From NCBI GenBank assembly GCA_028276785.1, contig JAPYVP010000002.1, forward strand, positions 21,399 to 53,398: DNA of 32,000 nt, given 5' to 3'. Source of the DNA: Candidatus Nanopusillus sp. (lineage in GTDB: Archaea > Nanobdellota > Nanobdellia > Nanobdellales > Nanobdellaceae). Both the position numbers and the translations under genes were made by a program. Of this stretch, positions 17,926-26,328 are shown one piece after another (position 1 is the stretch's first letter; the number at the start of each line of letters is the position of its first letter). The notes below the pieces were generated by a model. The model ran no database searches. It was not told where the DNA came from and saw only the letters and a program-made list of their open reading frames with translations.

Positions 17926-18618
17926 TTAAATACCAATATATTCAGTTATATATTTAATATCATAATTTAAATTTAATTTTTTAGATATATTTAATATATT
18001 ATTTAGATCTCTATTGAGAAATTCTTCATAATATTGAGAATTAACTGGTATTGCTTGTGATACATCTATTATATATGGGACATTATTAAATATAATTATG
18101 TTATATTCTGAAAAATCTCCATGAATTAATTTGGCTTTATTATATATTTTTTTATATTGATCTAATATATCAAAAAATAATTCTTCCTTATTTTCAATTG
18201 AATCATAACAATCATGTAATAGTAATGGTCCATTTTCATAACCTACATATTCCATTACCAATATATTTCCCTTATATAAGTATGGAATTGGAACTCTCAC
18301 TAAATTTTTGTACATTTTTCTTAAGTTCATATATTCTTTTTTTACCCATGTATATATTATCCCAATCTTTGTTCTTGGGAAATTATATATTCTAGGATCT
18401 GCTTTTAAATAATTTACTTGTTCTTTATAGCTTATTGACATTACTTTATATATCTTTATTGCAAATTTTCCAGATCTTACAACAATCGCTTCCTTACCTT
18501 CAGAGATTAACGTTAAATCATCTTCTATATAGTGATCTCTATATAATTTATCTAAATAGTACAATGTATTTTTATCAAATACTTTCCCATATACTTTCCA
18601 TATTTCTCTATACTTCAT
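17926..18618 (-). CDS. RIO-type serine protein kinase (Rio1-like, no N-terminal wHTH)
   Basis: ISEGKEAIVV...AIKIYK (ATP-binding loop and Lys), LIHGDFSEYNIII (catalytic loop) and YIIDVSQA (metal-binding loop). Confidence 0.8.
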   Translation of the reverse strand: MKYREIWKVYGKVFDKNTLYYLDKLYRDHYIEDDLTLISEGKEAIVVRSGKFAIKIYKVMSISYKEQVNYLKADPRIYNFPRTKIGIIYTWVKKEYMNLRKMYKNLVRVPIPYLYKGNILVMEYVGYENGPLLLHDCYDSIENKEELFFDILDQYKKIYNKAKLIHGDFSEYNIIIFNNVPYIIDVSQAIPVNSQYYEEFLNRDLNNILNISKKLNLNYDIKYITEYIGI

Positions 18619-19367
18619 ATTAATATATCTATAAGACTAGCTCTTAAACCTGGTAAGAACCCCAAATAAAATATCATTGTATATATTACATTTTTTATAT
18701 CATCATTTAAATAATATTTTGTATATAGTGCAATGAGTAATGTTAAAGATAATTTTAATCCATAGAATAATAAAGGATTATTATATTGAAAAATAAGAAT
18801 GTTTAATAGCAGATGTTCTGATTGTAAATTAAAATAATATATAGAAATAATCGAAAAGACTGTTTCATATATTTCACCAAAGATTGATAAATAAAATAAT
18901 TTTTCTTTATATGATAAATAAATTAAAAAAGAAAATAATATAATGAACATTAAAAATGGTAATAGATTTATTGGTCTTCCAAAAATAAAAATTGGGATCT
19001 CCAATATTAAAATTATCAATAATATATATAAGTAATATTTTCTATATTTATATAAAAACAAAACTGGTAAAAAAGATATTAAAATCCATAATTCTAACAA
19101 AGGTGTAAGTAGCAAATATGTTCTTACTGTATAACCAAGATCCATGTTTACTCTTGGAATAATAAATATTAAAGTCAAAATAATTAGATTTAATAAAAAA
19201 TATTTATCAATAATTACTTTTTTATTTTTTACAAAAAGATAATAAAAAATGATAAAACCAATAACAAATAATAACCCATATAAAAACGTATTATATATAT
19301 TATATTTATATTGATATTCTACTACAGGATGTACAAAATATTGGTAAAAATTTTCATATAAATTCAT
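18615..19367 (-). CDS. Polytopic integral membrane protein, unknown function
   Basis: 250 aa, about 7 hydrophobic segments. Start overlaps the upstream P-rich ORF's stop by 1 nt (TAATG), and its stop overlaps the RIO kinase start by 4 nt. Confidence 0.55.
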   Translation of the reverse strand: MNLYENFYQYFVHPVVEYQYKYNIYNTFLYGLLFVIGFIIFYYLFVKNKKVIIDKYFLLNLIILTLIFIIPRVNMDLGYTVRTYLLLTPLLELWILISFLPVLFLYKYRKYYLYILLIILILEIPIFIFGRPINLLPFLMFIILFSFLIYLSYKEKLFYLSIFGEIYETVFSIISIYYFNLQSEHLLLNILIFQYNNPLLFYGLKLSLTLLIALYTKYYLNDDIKNVIYTMIFYLGFLPGLRASLIDILI

Positions 19368-19750
19368 TAACGCCTATAATATTGAAAATATTGGAGTAAA
19401 TTATTTAATAGAGCAATTATATTATCCAATTTTGTTGCAATTGTATCTAATTTTGTATTTAGCATTTGTATTACATTATAATCGACTTGATTTGTATATC
19501 CATAATTCTGTGAGAAATTTGGTAAATATGCTTGAGGATTTAATTGTCCTGGAAATTGATTTTGCTGAAATAAATTTTGATTTTGAACTGGTGGTGGATA
19601 TGGTGGTGGAAACGGTTCATTTGGATATGGACCTGGAGGATAATTTCCCGGTCCTCCTGGTGGATAGTTCATAAAATCTCCTTGCTGATTTATATCATAA
19701 TCTTCATCTTTCTTTTTTCCAAACACATTTTTTATAAAATCAAATGCCAT
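19367..19750 (-). CDS. Pro/Gln/Asn-rich low-complexity protein with short C-terminal coiled coil, unknown function
   Basis: N-terminus is MAFDFIKNVFGKKKDED. Then YPPGGPGNYPPGPYPNEPFPPPYPPPVQNQNLFQQNQFPGQLNPQ, followed by MLNTKLDTIATKLDNIIALLNNLLQYF. Same architecture as the ORF at 10686-11405. Confidence 0.55.
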   Translation of the reverse strand: MAFDFIKNVFGKKKDEDYDINQQGDFMNYPPGGPGNYPPGPYPNEPFPPPYPPPVQNQNLFQQNQFPGQLNPQAYLPNFSQNYGYTNQVDYNVIQMLNTKLDTIATKLDNIIALLNNLLQYFQYYRR

Positions 19751-19781
19751 ATAATATTATAAAATTTCTTAATATATAAAA

Positions 19782-20405
19782 TTATTCTTCCTCTTCTTCT
19801 AAACCTTTTTCCATAAATTCTTCATAAGAGATTGGAAGTTCTCCTTTTTTAGACAATAGTCCTCTATTTCTTAAATATTCTCTAGCAATAATATAATATA
19901 ACAAGGCTAAAGATTTTGCTCCTCTATTATTTGCTGGTATAGCAATATCTATATAGCTTAAAGAATTATTTGTATCAACAAATGCGATTGTCACTTTTCC
20001 AGTTCTATATGCATCCAATAATGCATTTCTATCAAGTACAGGATCTGTTATTATAACAACATCTACATCTTTAAATATATCTAGAGCAGGATTTGTTAAT
20101 AATCCGGGAGGATATCTCTTTGGATAAACATTTATTCCTGTATATTTATTTAACATTTGTAATGGTTTTCTTGCAGCTTCTCTTCTACCAACTGCTAATA
20201 TTTGATGTGGCTCATATTTTGATAACAATTTTGTTGATAATCTTAATCTTTCATCCAATTTTATTACATCTATAATAGCTAACCCATCAGATCTTATTCT
20301 AGCTATAAACTTTTTCATTTGTTTGTTCTTTATTCTTGTACCTATATGAACACCCGCCTTTATATATTCTTCTAAACTAACCAACCAAATGTTTTCCTGT
20401 GCCAT
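19782..20405 (-). CDS. rps2: 30S ribosomal protein uS2
   Basis: LVSLEEYIKAGVHIGT, RSDGLAIIDV, and an acidic C-terminal tail. I start at the Met at 20405 (MAQENIW...). This aligns with archaeal S2 N-termini and removes the 47-nt overlap with uL2 implied by the track ORF. Confidence 0.88.
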   Translation of the reverse strand: MAQENIWLVSLEEYIKAGVHIGTRIKNKQMKKFIARIRSDGLAIIDVIKLDERLRLSTKLLSKYEPHQILAVGRREAARKPLQMLNKYTGINVYPKRYPPGLLTNPALDIFKDVDVVIITDPVLDRNALLDAYRTGKVTIAFVDTNNSLSYIDIAIPANNRGAKSLALLYYIIAREYLRNRGLLSKKGELPISYEEFMEKGLEEEEE

Positions 20406-20406
20406 T

Positions 20407-21138
20407 TTATATAGCTTTCTTTCTTCCAGTTCTTCTTGAGCCATATTTACCATACTTTATTGGATATCCATGTTTAGGTAGTGGAGTCATTCCACCTTTA
20501 TTTCTTTTATGTTTACCTCCAAATGGATGATCAGCAGCATTTCTTGCAGTTGGCTTACTAATTGGCCATTTTCTATGATGCGCTCTTTTGAAATAATGTT
20601 TGTTTCCAGCTTTAACAAATGGCTTATCCGTCCTTCCACCCCCCGCAACCGTTCCCAATATTGCTCTAGAATATAAATTAACCATTTTTGTTTTTCCAGA
20701 TGGTAATTTTAATATTGCATATTTATCCGTTTTTTGAACTAATATACATGATGTTCCAGATGTTCTTGCAATTTTTCCTCCATCTCCTGGAGAAATTTCT
20801 ACCATACAAACATTTGAACCATCTGGAATGACTTTTAATGGTAAAATATTTCCATTCTCTACTGGAGCATTTACTCCCGCATAAATTTCTTTTCCAACAT
20901 ATAAACCTTCAACAGCAGGAACCAAAATTTCTTCTCCAGTTTCAAATTTTATTTTAGCAATTGGAGCATAATGAACTTTATCTTTTATTATATCTACAAC
21001 AACACCCTTTACTTTATCTTTCATTTCTTTTTCATCTAGAGGTCTTAAAGAAAATTTACCTATTGAATAAAAATCTGGAACTTTATATATATTCTTTCCC
21101 TTACCTAACCTTTGCTGTAATAATGTATTTCCACCCAT
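20407..21138 (-). CDS. rpl2: 50S ribosomal protein uL2
   Basis: MGGNTLLQQRLGKGKNIYKVP N-terminus, plus GTVAGGGRTDKPFVKAGNKHY and ADHPFGGKHKRNKG. Confidence 0.95.
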   Translation of the reverse strand: MGGNTLLQQRLGKGKNIYKVPDFYSIGKFSLRPLDEKEMKDKVKGVVVDIIKDKVHYAPIAKIKFETGEEILVPAVEGLYVGKEIYAGVNAPVENGNILPLKVIPDGSNVCMVEISPGDGGKIARTSGTSCILVQKTDKYAILKLPSGKTKMVNLYSRAILGTVAGGGRTDKPFVKAGNKHYFKRAHHRKWPISKPTARNAADHPFGGKHKRNKGGMTPLPKHGYPIKYGKYGSRRTGRKKAI

Positions 21139-21139
21139 T

Positions 21140-21400
21140 TTATATTAATCCTAATTTAGATAATATGTCTTGGGCCTTATATTCTTTTTCTAATGTAACA
21201 TATGCTTTTTTTCTTCCTTTATAATCTATCAGAGTATTTACCTTCTTTACTTTAACATTAAATAATTTTTCAACAGCTTCCTTTATATCTTTTTTTGTAG
21301 CAGATCTATTTACAATAAAAATAACTTTATTATATTTATCAAGTAAATACATACCTTTTTCTGTTAATTCAGCATAAAGTATAACATCTTTTATATCCAT
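21140..21400 (-). CDS. rpl23: 50S ribosomal protein uL23
   Basis: 86 aa with TEKGMYLLDKYNKVIFIVNRSATKKDIKEAVEKLFNVKVKKVNTL...KKAYVTL. Sits between uL4 and uL2 as in the conserved cluster. Confidence 0.85.
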   Translation of the reverse strand: MDIKDVILYAELTEKGMYLLDKYNKVIFIVNRSATKKDIKEAVEKLFNVKVKKVNTLIDYKGRKKAYVTLEKEYKAQDILSKLGLI

Positions 21401-21409
21401 CTTATAATT

Positions 21410-22237
21410 TCATATATATAAATTTCTTAAATCTTCTATTGCCTTTTCACTCCAAATAATAAATCTACCCAATTTACCACCAGGAGCCAATTTTTCTATA
21501 TTTAATTGATCTACCTTTGAAAATTCTACACCATCAATAGAAACCTTTGGTAATTCAGAATCTGACGATAATACAAATAAAATTCCTCTATATTTTTTTA
21601 TTCTTCTATTTCTCATTTTTCCCTTTCCAGCCCTTTGTTTTTTATTCTCTTTTACATATTCAATAAATTTTTCTATTTTTAATTTATTAAATAATTCTCT
21701 ATATTCCTTTGCCTTCTTTAGTTCTTCTAAATTTGATATAACAATTGGCAAACCAAAAGTATTAATTGATTCACTTAAATAAATAAAAGATTTTGTATAT
21801 CTGTTTTTTATATAATCTATATTTGAAGATGCAGAAATTGCAGACAATATTGCTAACCTTTTTTCTTTTTTGTTTATTTTTCTATACCAATTTTTTTCAG
21901 GTTTTGGTGGATGTGCTCTTCTTCCTTTTACAGCATTTGGTATTACTCTAGCTACCCATATAAAATTACCAGCAATTTTTGCAAACACAGATCTTGGAAC
22001 TCTTGATATACCTCTTTTATATGATGATCTATATGAATACCTTCTCTTTGATGTCCATGCGGAAGCTTCCATACCTGCATACTTATATGAACCATAGGGT
22101 ACCCTATGACTTAACATATATGCTCTAAATACTTTATATACTATATCCTCTCTTATTTCGAATTTAAAATGTTCTGGCAATTCTATTTCTTTTATTTTAT
22201 TACCTTCCTTATCATAAACAGATATCATATTTTCCAT
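21410..22237 (-). CDS. rpl4: 50S ribosomal protein uL4
   Basis: GISRVPRS, VKGRRAHPPKPEKNWYRKINKKEKRLAILSAISAS and AGKGKMRNRR blocks typical of archaeal L4. Confidence 0.85.
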   Translation of the reverse strand: MENMISVYDKEGNKIKEIELPEHFKFEIREDIVYKVFRAYMLSHRVPYGSYKYAGMEASAWTSKRRYSYRSSYKRGISRVPRSVFAKIAGNFIWVARVIPNAVKGRRAHPPKPEKNWYRKINKKEKRLAILSAISASSNIDYIKNRYTKSFIYLSESINTFGLPIVISNLEELKKAKEYRELFNKLKIEKFIEYVKENKKQRAGKGKMRNRRIKKYRGILFVLSSDSELPKVSIDGVEFSKVDQLNIEKLAPGGKLGRFIIWSEKAIEDLRNLYI

Positions 22238-22300
22238 GGCTATATTTTATATATAAAACATATTTAAATCTTTATAATAACTCACATTAACTATTAAGAT

Positions 22301-23950
22301 ATGTACGAACTTATTAACGATATCATTAAAAAGAGTCTTAGAAAGATTACTATAATATTTGGTATAATAATTACATTAATAATTGTAATAGGTTATTATC
22401 TACCAGTATTAAAAATATACTATCCAGTTTTATATTTATCCGCAATTATTTTTTCATTAGAAGTTATATTTCTAGAATATTATAAAACAAAAAAGTCTTT
22501 AGATAGATCTTTATTATATTATATAGCATATTTATATTCTCTTTCATTTTCTACAAATAATACTAGAAGATTGTTAGAAATTGCAATTGAAGAAAGAGCA
22601 GAATTTAAGGATATAAATTATTATATGTCAAAAATCCTTTATTTAACAAATAAGTATAATTATACAATTCCAGAGGCTATAAGATATATCCTACCATATG
22701 TTCCAAATAGTAATTTTAAGAGTTTTCTAGAGAGATTTGCAACTTCTATTGATATTGGTGAAGAAATTTCAGAATTTTTATATAAGGAATATGAAACCCA
22801 ATTGGCAATATACGAAGCAAATTATGAAAAAGGTTTAGAAAATATAAGATTATTAAATGAATTTATAATATCTTTATTATCATCTTTAGGATTTGCATTT
22901 TCTTTAATATTATTTATACCATTTTTAATAAGTGCAAACATAATGTTTTTGCTAATAAATTTCTTTATAATATTTATTGTAATTAATTTGCTCATATATT
23001 ACGTATCAAAATATTATATTCCCGATGATGGATTATGGTCTCATTCAAAAGAAAAACCAAAAGAATATGTAACAATAAGATATTTATTTTATCTTTTGTT
23101 ATTAATATCTTATATATTATTTCTAATACTATTTCTAATATTGAAATTACAATTGTTGGAGGCATTTGCAATAGCAGTTACATCATTAGCATATGTAAGT
23201 TATAGGATGATATTATTAGAAAGAGCATTAAAAATAAAAGAAAACCATTTCCCAGCATTCTTTAGTAGCATAATAGAATACTCAGAAATATTTGGAAGCA
23301 ATCAAACAAAAATATTAGATAATGTTGTCATACATGATTTTGGTTTATTAAATGAAGATATTCATAAGTTAAGGAAAAGAATGAATATAACAAAAAATTA
23401 TTCTGAATCTTGGAGACATTTCATAATTGAATTGGGTAGTTCAATTGCAGAAAAAATAATAAAAGTATTTGAAAAGGTTTTATCATATAATGGGGATACA
23501 AAAAAAGCTGGTGATATGTTATATAATATATTAATAAAAATAATTGAACTTAGATCTAGAAAATCTCAATTTATATCTAATTTAAGGGGTATTATATATG
23601 GAACATATATAGCATTTATAGCAATCCTATTCATAATTGCTCAAATATTATATTTATTAAATCAAATGTTTCAAGGTATATCTACAGCACTTGGTACTGC
23701 AGTATCCCAAATAGGCATAAATATATATACATTTTCAATACCTTTATATGTGCTACAAAATTATATATTTATTTTATCTATTATTGAAGCATTTATATTA
23801 GCTGGAATAATAAAAAATATAGATGGGGGATCTAAATTAGGAATGTTCTTAGATGCAACAATTATGATATGGCTAAGTGCATTGTTAAATATTGGGGTAT
23901 ACTATTTATTTACATATGTATTTTCTGGATTATCTTTAGTAAAGGTATAA
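22301..23950 (+). CDS. FlaJ/ArlJ-like membrane platform protein (T2SS-F family), second paralog with no adjacent ATPase
   Basis: 549 aa. Cytoplasmic module FKSFLERFATSIDIGEEISEFLYKEYETQLAIYEANYEKGLENIRLLNEF resembles the FlaJ consensus. A second module lies around FPAFFSSIIEYSEIFGSNQ. Multiple TM bundles. Confidence 0.7.
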   Translation: MYELINDIIKKSLRKITIIFGIIITLIIVIGYYLPVLKIYYPVLYLSAIIFSLEVIFLEYYKTKKSLDRSLLYYIAYLYSLSFSTNNTRRLLEIAIEERAEFKDINYYMSKILYLTNKYNYTIPEAIRYILPYVPNSNFKSFLERFATSIDIGEEISEFLYKEYETQLAIYEANYEKGLENIRLLNEFIISLLSSLGFAFSLILFIPFLISANIMFLLINFFIIFIVINLLIYYVSKYYIPDDGLWSHSKEKPKEYVTIRYLFYLLLLISYILFLILFLILKLQLLEAFAIAVTSLAYVSYRMILLERALKIKENHFPAFFSSIIEYSEIFGSNQTKILDNVVIHDFGLLNEDIHKLRKRMNITKNYSESWRHFIIELGSSIAEKIIKVFEKVLSYNGDTKKAGDMLYNILIKIIELRSRKSQFISNLRGIIYGTYIAFIAILFIIAQILYLLNQMFQGISTALGTAVSQIGINIYTFSIPLYVLQNYIFILSIIEAFILAGIIKNIDGGSKLGMFLDATIMIWLSALLNIGVYYLFTYVFSGLSLVKV

Positions 23951-24390
23951 TTTATTTTTCTTTCTTTTGGTATAAAATCTTTTAATATATTGTTTTTAAT
24001 ATAAACACTACCCAAAATATCATTATTATCTTTTGCTATATAAAAACCATTCTCAAAATTTTTTTCCAATTTTATATTTTCATTAAATTTATAAAAAAGA
24101 TCTTCCTTTTTTATTTCAATATTTTTATTAGAATTTATTCCAAATATTTGTGCTCCTTCTATACTAAATCTATATCTATTATTTTTTTCTATTTTAATAA
24201 CATACAAACCATACTTTTTTATATATTTTTCATCTAAAAAGTCTGGAAAATTCTTATTAAACATATATATTTTATCCTTATTAATAAAAAATCTATATTT
24301 CTTTATTATTGACTTATCTATCTTCATATTATAGTATTCTTCTATTTTCTCAAATATTTCTTCTACAATTTTTTTGTTTAGTTCTTTCAT
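23902..24390 (-). CDS. NIP7-like pre-PUA/PUA RNA-binding protein (ribosome biogenesis factor homolog)
   Basis: By-eye alignment to eukaryotic and archaeal Nip7. IFEKIEEYYN matches VFEKLAGYIG, FFINKDKIYMF matches FRLQKDRVYYV, and YGLYVIKIEKNNRYRFSIEGAQIFG matches LGICLGKFTKTGKFRLHITSL. ATGA overlap with the RFC-large stop. Confidence 0.5.
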   Translation of the reverse strand: MKELNKKIVEEIFEKIEEYYNMKIDKSIIKKYRFFINKDKIYMFNKNFPDFLDEKYIKKYGLYVIKIEKNNRYRFSIEGAQIFGINSNKNIEIKKEDLFYKFNENIKLEKNFENGFYIAKDNNDILGSVYIKNNILKDFIPKERKINYTFTKDNPENTYVNK

Positions 24391-25613
24391 AATTTTTCTA
24401 CAGCAGCTTTTATATATGATATTTCATTTTCATTAAATCCTAATATTTCTGCATATTTTCTTCCTATTTTTTCATTATTTTTCATTAAAACTATTAATGT
24501 ATTTATATATACTTCTCTAACTCTCTTTTTTGATGTATGAACCTTCTTCTGTAAATTTTTTGACAATTCTTCAATTTTTTCCCTTATTTCTTTATTTTGA
24601 GCCAATTTTTTTACATACTGTGGCATTCTATATTTTGTAAATTTATTATACTTCTTTTCTTTTGCCAATGCAACACCAGCATACATTAATGTTGTAAAAT
24701 ATTTTAATAGATCCCAATATTGTCTTTTATAAATTCTTCCATAGAATATAACTGCCAATGATAACCAATTATAAGCTTCATATATTTCTTTTATATTTTC
24801 ATATTCATTCGATATATTTTCCTCAACCCAAGCCTTAATTTCTTCAGGATCCATATCTACATCAGCAAATGGTAATGTAGCTCCCATTATTGTATTTGCC
24901 TTAAACATTTGACCCAATGCTCTAAATATTGTAATCTCTCTTTCTCTATAACCTAAAACTTCTAAGTCTTTTAAAGTAATATGGTTGCTCATTGTTGCCA
25001 ATGCTTGTAAATCATTTATTGCACTTCTTAAATCTCCGGAAGATCTTTCTGCAAGTGCAGATAATGCATTATCATCAATTGTTATTTTTTCATTTGCACA
25101 AATTCTTTTTAATTGTCTTATTATATCTGTATTTGATAATTTTTTGAATTCAACCATATCACAAACATCTCTTAATTTTTTAAACTTAGGATCCCATGGA
25201 TCATTCGCAGTTAATATTATTGGCCATCTTGATTCTTCTATTATTTTTATTAATGCTCCTATTCCTCCTCTATCTTGAAATCCGGCTAACCCATCAACTT
25301 CATCAACCAATATTATTCTTCCCTTTTTGAAAAAGGGTTTTCCCTTTATTGCTTCTCCTAATTTTGTATGTATGGCTCTTGCATTTCTATTATCTGAAGC
25401 ATTTATTTCTACAACCTCATAATCTAAATCATTTGCAATTGCATATATTGATGAAGTTTTTCCAACACCTGGAGGACCATATAATAATAATGCTTTTTTA
25501 TCTACATTTGGATATTTTTCAATAAAAGATTTTATTTTTCCAATGGCCTCTGATTGATTAATTATTTCATTAATATGTTTAGGTGCATATTTTTTTATCC
25601 ATGGTTCAACCAT
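24387..25613 (-). CDS. rfcL: Replication factor C large subunit
   Basis: WIKKYAPKHINEII, Walker A LLYGPPGVGKTS, Walker B ILVDEVDG, sensor SGDLRSAINDLQ. The C-terminal region is longer and more divergent than in the small subunit. Confidence 0.85.
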   Translation of the reverse strand: MVEPWIKKYAPKHINEIINQSEAIGKIKSFIEKYPNVDKKALLLYGPPGVGKTSSIYAIANDLDYEVVEINASDNRNARAIHTKLGEAIKGKPFFKKGRIILVDEVDGLAGFQDRGGIGALIKIIEESRWPIILTANDPWDPKFKKLRDVCDMVEFKKLSNTDIIRQLKRICANEKITIDDNALSALAERSSGDLRSAINDLQALATMSNHITLKDLEVLGYREREITIFRALGQMFKANTIMGATLPFADVDMDPEEIKAWVEENISNEYENIKEIYEAYNWLSLAVIFYGRIYKRQYWDLLKYFTTLMYAGVALAKEKKYNKFTKYRMPQYVKKLAQNKEIREKIEELSKNLQKKVHTSKKRVREVYINTLIVLMKNNEKIGRKYAEILGFNENEISYIKAAVEKL

Positions 25614-25666
25614 TATTTAATATTTCTAATTAGAATATTAAAATTGTAGGATATATTAGTATAACG

Positions 25667-25745
25667 CCTATCTGATAATAGATAGGAACGATAAATTTAA
25701 AATTTTTCTAATAAATAACCAATTATGGTAGATGATAATTTATCA
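25667..25745. promoter_or_regulatory. Palindromes sharing a TGATAA half-site in the rfcL / orphan-ORF divergent spacer
   Basis: CCTATCT-GATAAT-AGATAGG (25667-25686), flanked on both sides by AACG. TGATAA-T-TTATCA lies at 25733-25745, just upstream of the ATG at 25758. Confidence 0.3.
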
Positions 25746-25757
25746 GAATTATAAAAA

Positions 25758-26285
25758 ATGTTAAAAAGAGCCCAAATAGATGAAAAATATAGAATTGATA
25801 ATAAAAATTATTTAGAAGAAGCAAAAATGTTATATGACGTAATATCAGAAAAGGCGCCACAAGCCGAAACAACATTAGAAATATTATTAATAAAATTAAA
25901 TAGCTGTGAGCTATGCGATAAAGGAAAAGAAGAGGATATATTTAAAGCTAGTATAATGAGGGCTCTTAGAAAATATGTTGAAAAAATAAATCCCACAAAT
26001 CCCGATTATAAACAGAAAGTAAATAATTTAGATTATGGTATGTTATATTTATCAACTAGATTGGTATTATATGCAACATATATAACCTTCTTAGAAAACT
26101 TTCTAAAGAATCTACGTGAGTATAATTCATTAGAAGAGGCATATAGAAAGACATCTGAAGACATTGAAACGGCTATAGGATATTTAATTGAAGATCCTAA
26201 AGGACATAGAAAATGGTTTGATGAATATATGCAAGTTAACAAATTATTAGATAGATTATTACATAGATTATTAAATAGAAGATAA
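25758..26285 (+). CDS. All-helical hypothetical protein with basic LLxR-repeat C-terminus
   Basis: 175-aa ORF with no family recognised. The C-terminus KLLDRLLHRLLNRR is encoded by a 12-bp tandem repeat. Confidence 0.45.
   Translation: MLKRAQIDEKYRIDNKNYLEEAKMLYDVISEKAPQAETTLEILLIKLNSCELCDKGKEEDIFKASIMRALRKYVEKINPTNPDYKQKVNNLDYGMLYLSTRLVLYATYITFLENFLKNLREYNSLEEAYRKTSEDIETAIGYLIEDPKGHRKWFDEYMQVNKLLDRLLHRLLNRR
26243..26285 (+). repeat. About three tandem copies of the 12-bp unit ATAGATTATTAN at the 3' end of the orphan CDS
   Basis: ATTATTAG / ATAGATTATTAC (26251-26262) / ATAGATTATTAA (26263-26274) / ATAGAAGATAA. Read directly from the sequence. Confidence 0.6.
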
Positions 26286-26328
26286 GGGTTTTTATATAAA
26301 AATATAAAATTTTTTATTTAATTTTTAT

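Noticed and set aside
19432-19762. Two + strand ORFs with striking W/G-rich strings (WWWIWWWKRFIWIWTW), opposite the proline-rich ORF.
   Set aside because: They mirror CCA/CCT proline codons (TGG/AGG on the other strand). The minus-strand reading has a sensible start, translational coupling to the next gene and a paralogous architecture elsewhere.
20406-20453. A 16-codon N-terminal extension of uS2 (MVNMAQEELEERKLYK) overlapping the uL2 3' end by 47 nt.
   Set aside because: Archaeal S2 alignments (as I recall them) begin near the MAQENIWLVSLEEY segment. The Met at 20405 gives a 1-nt spacer after the uL2 stop. The extension is probably an artefact of longest-ORF calling, though an earlier start cannot be excluded.
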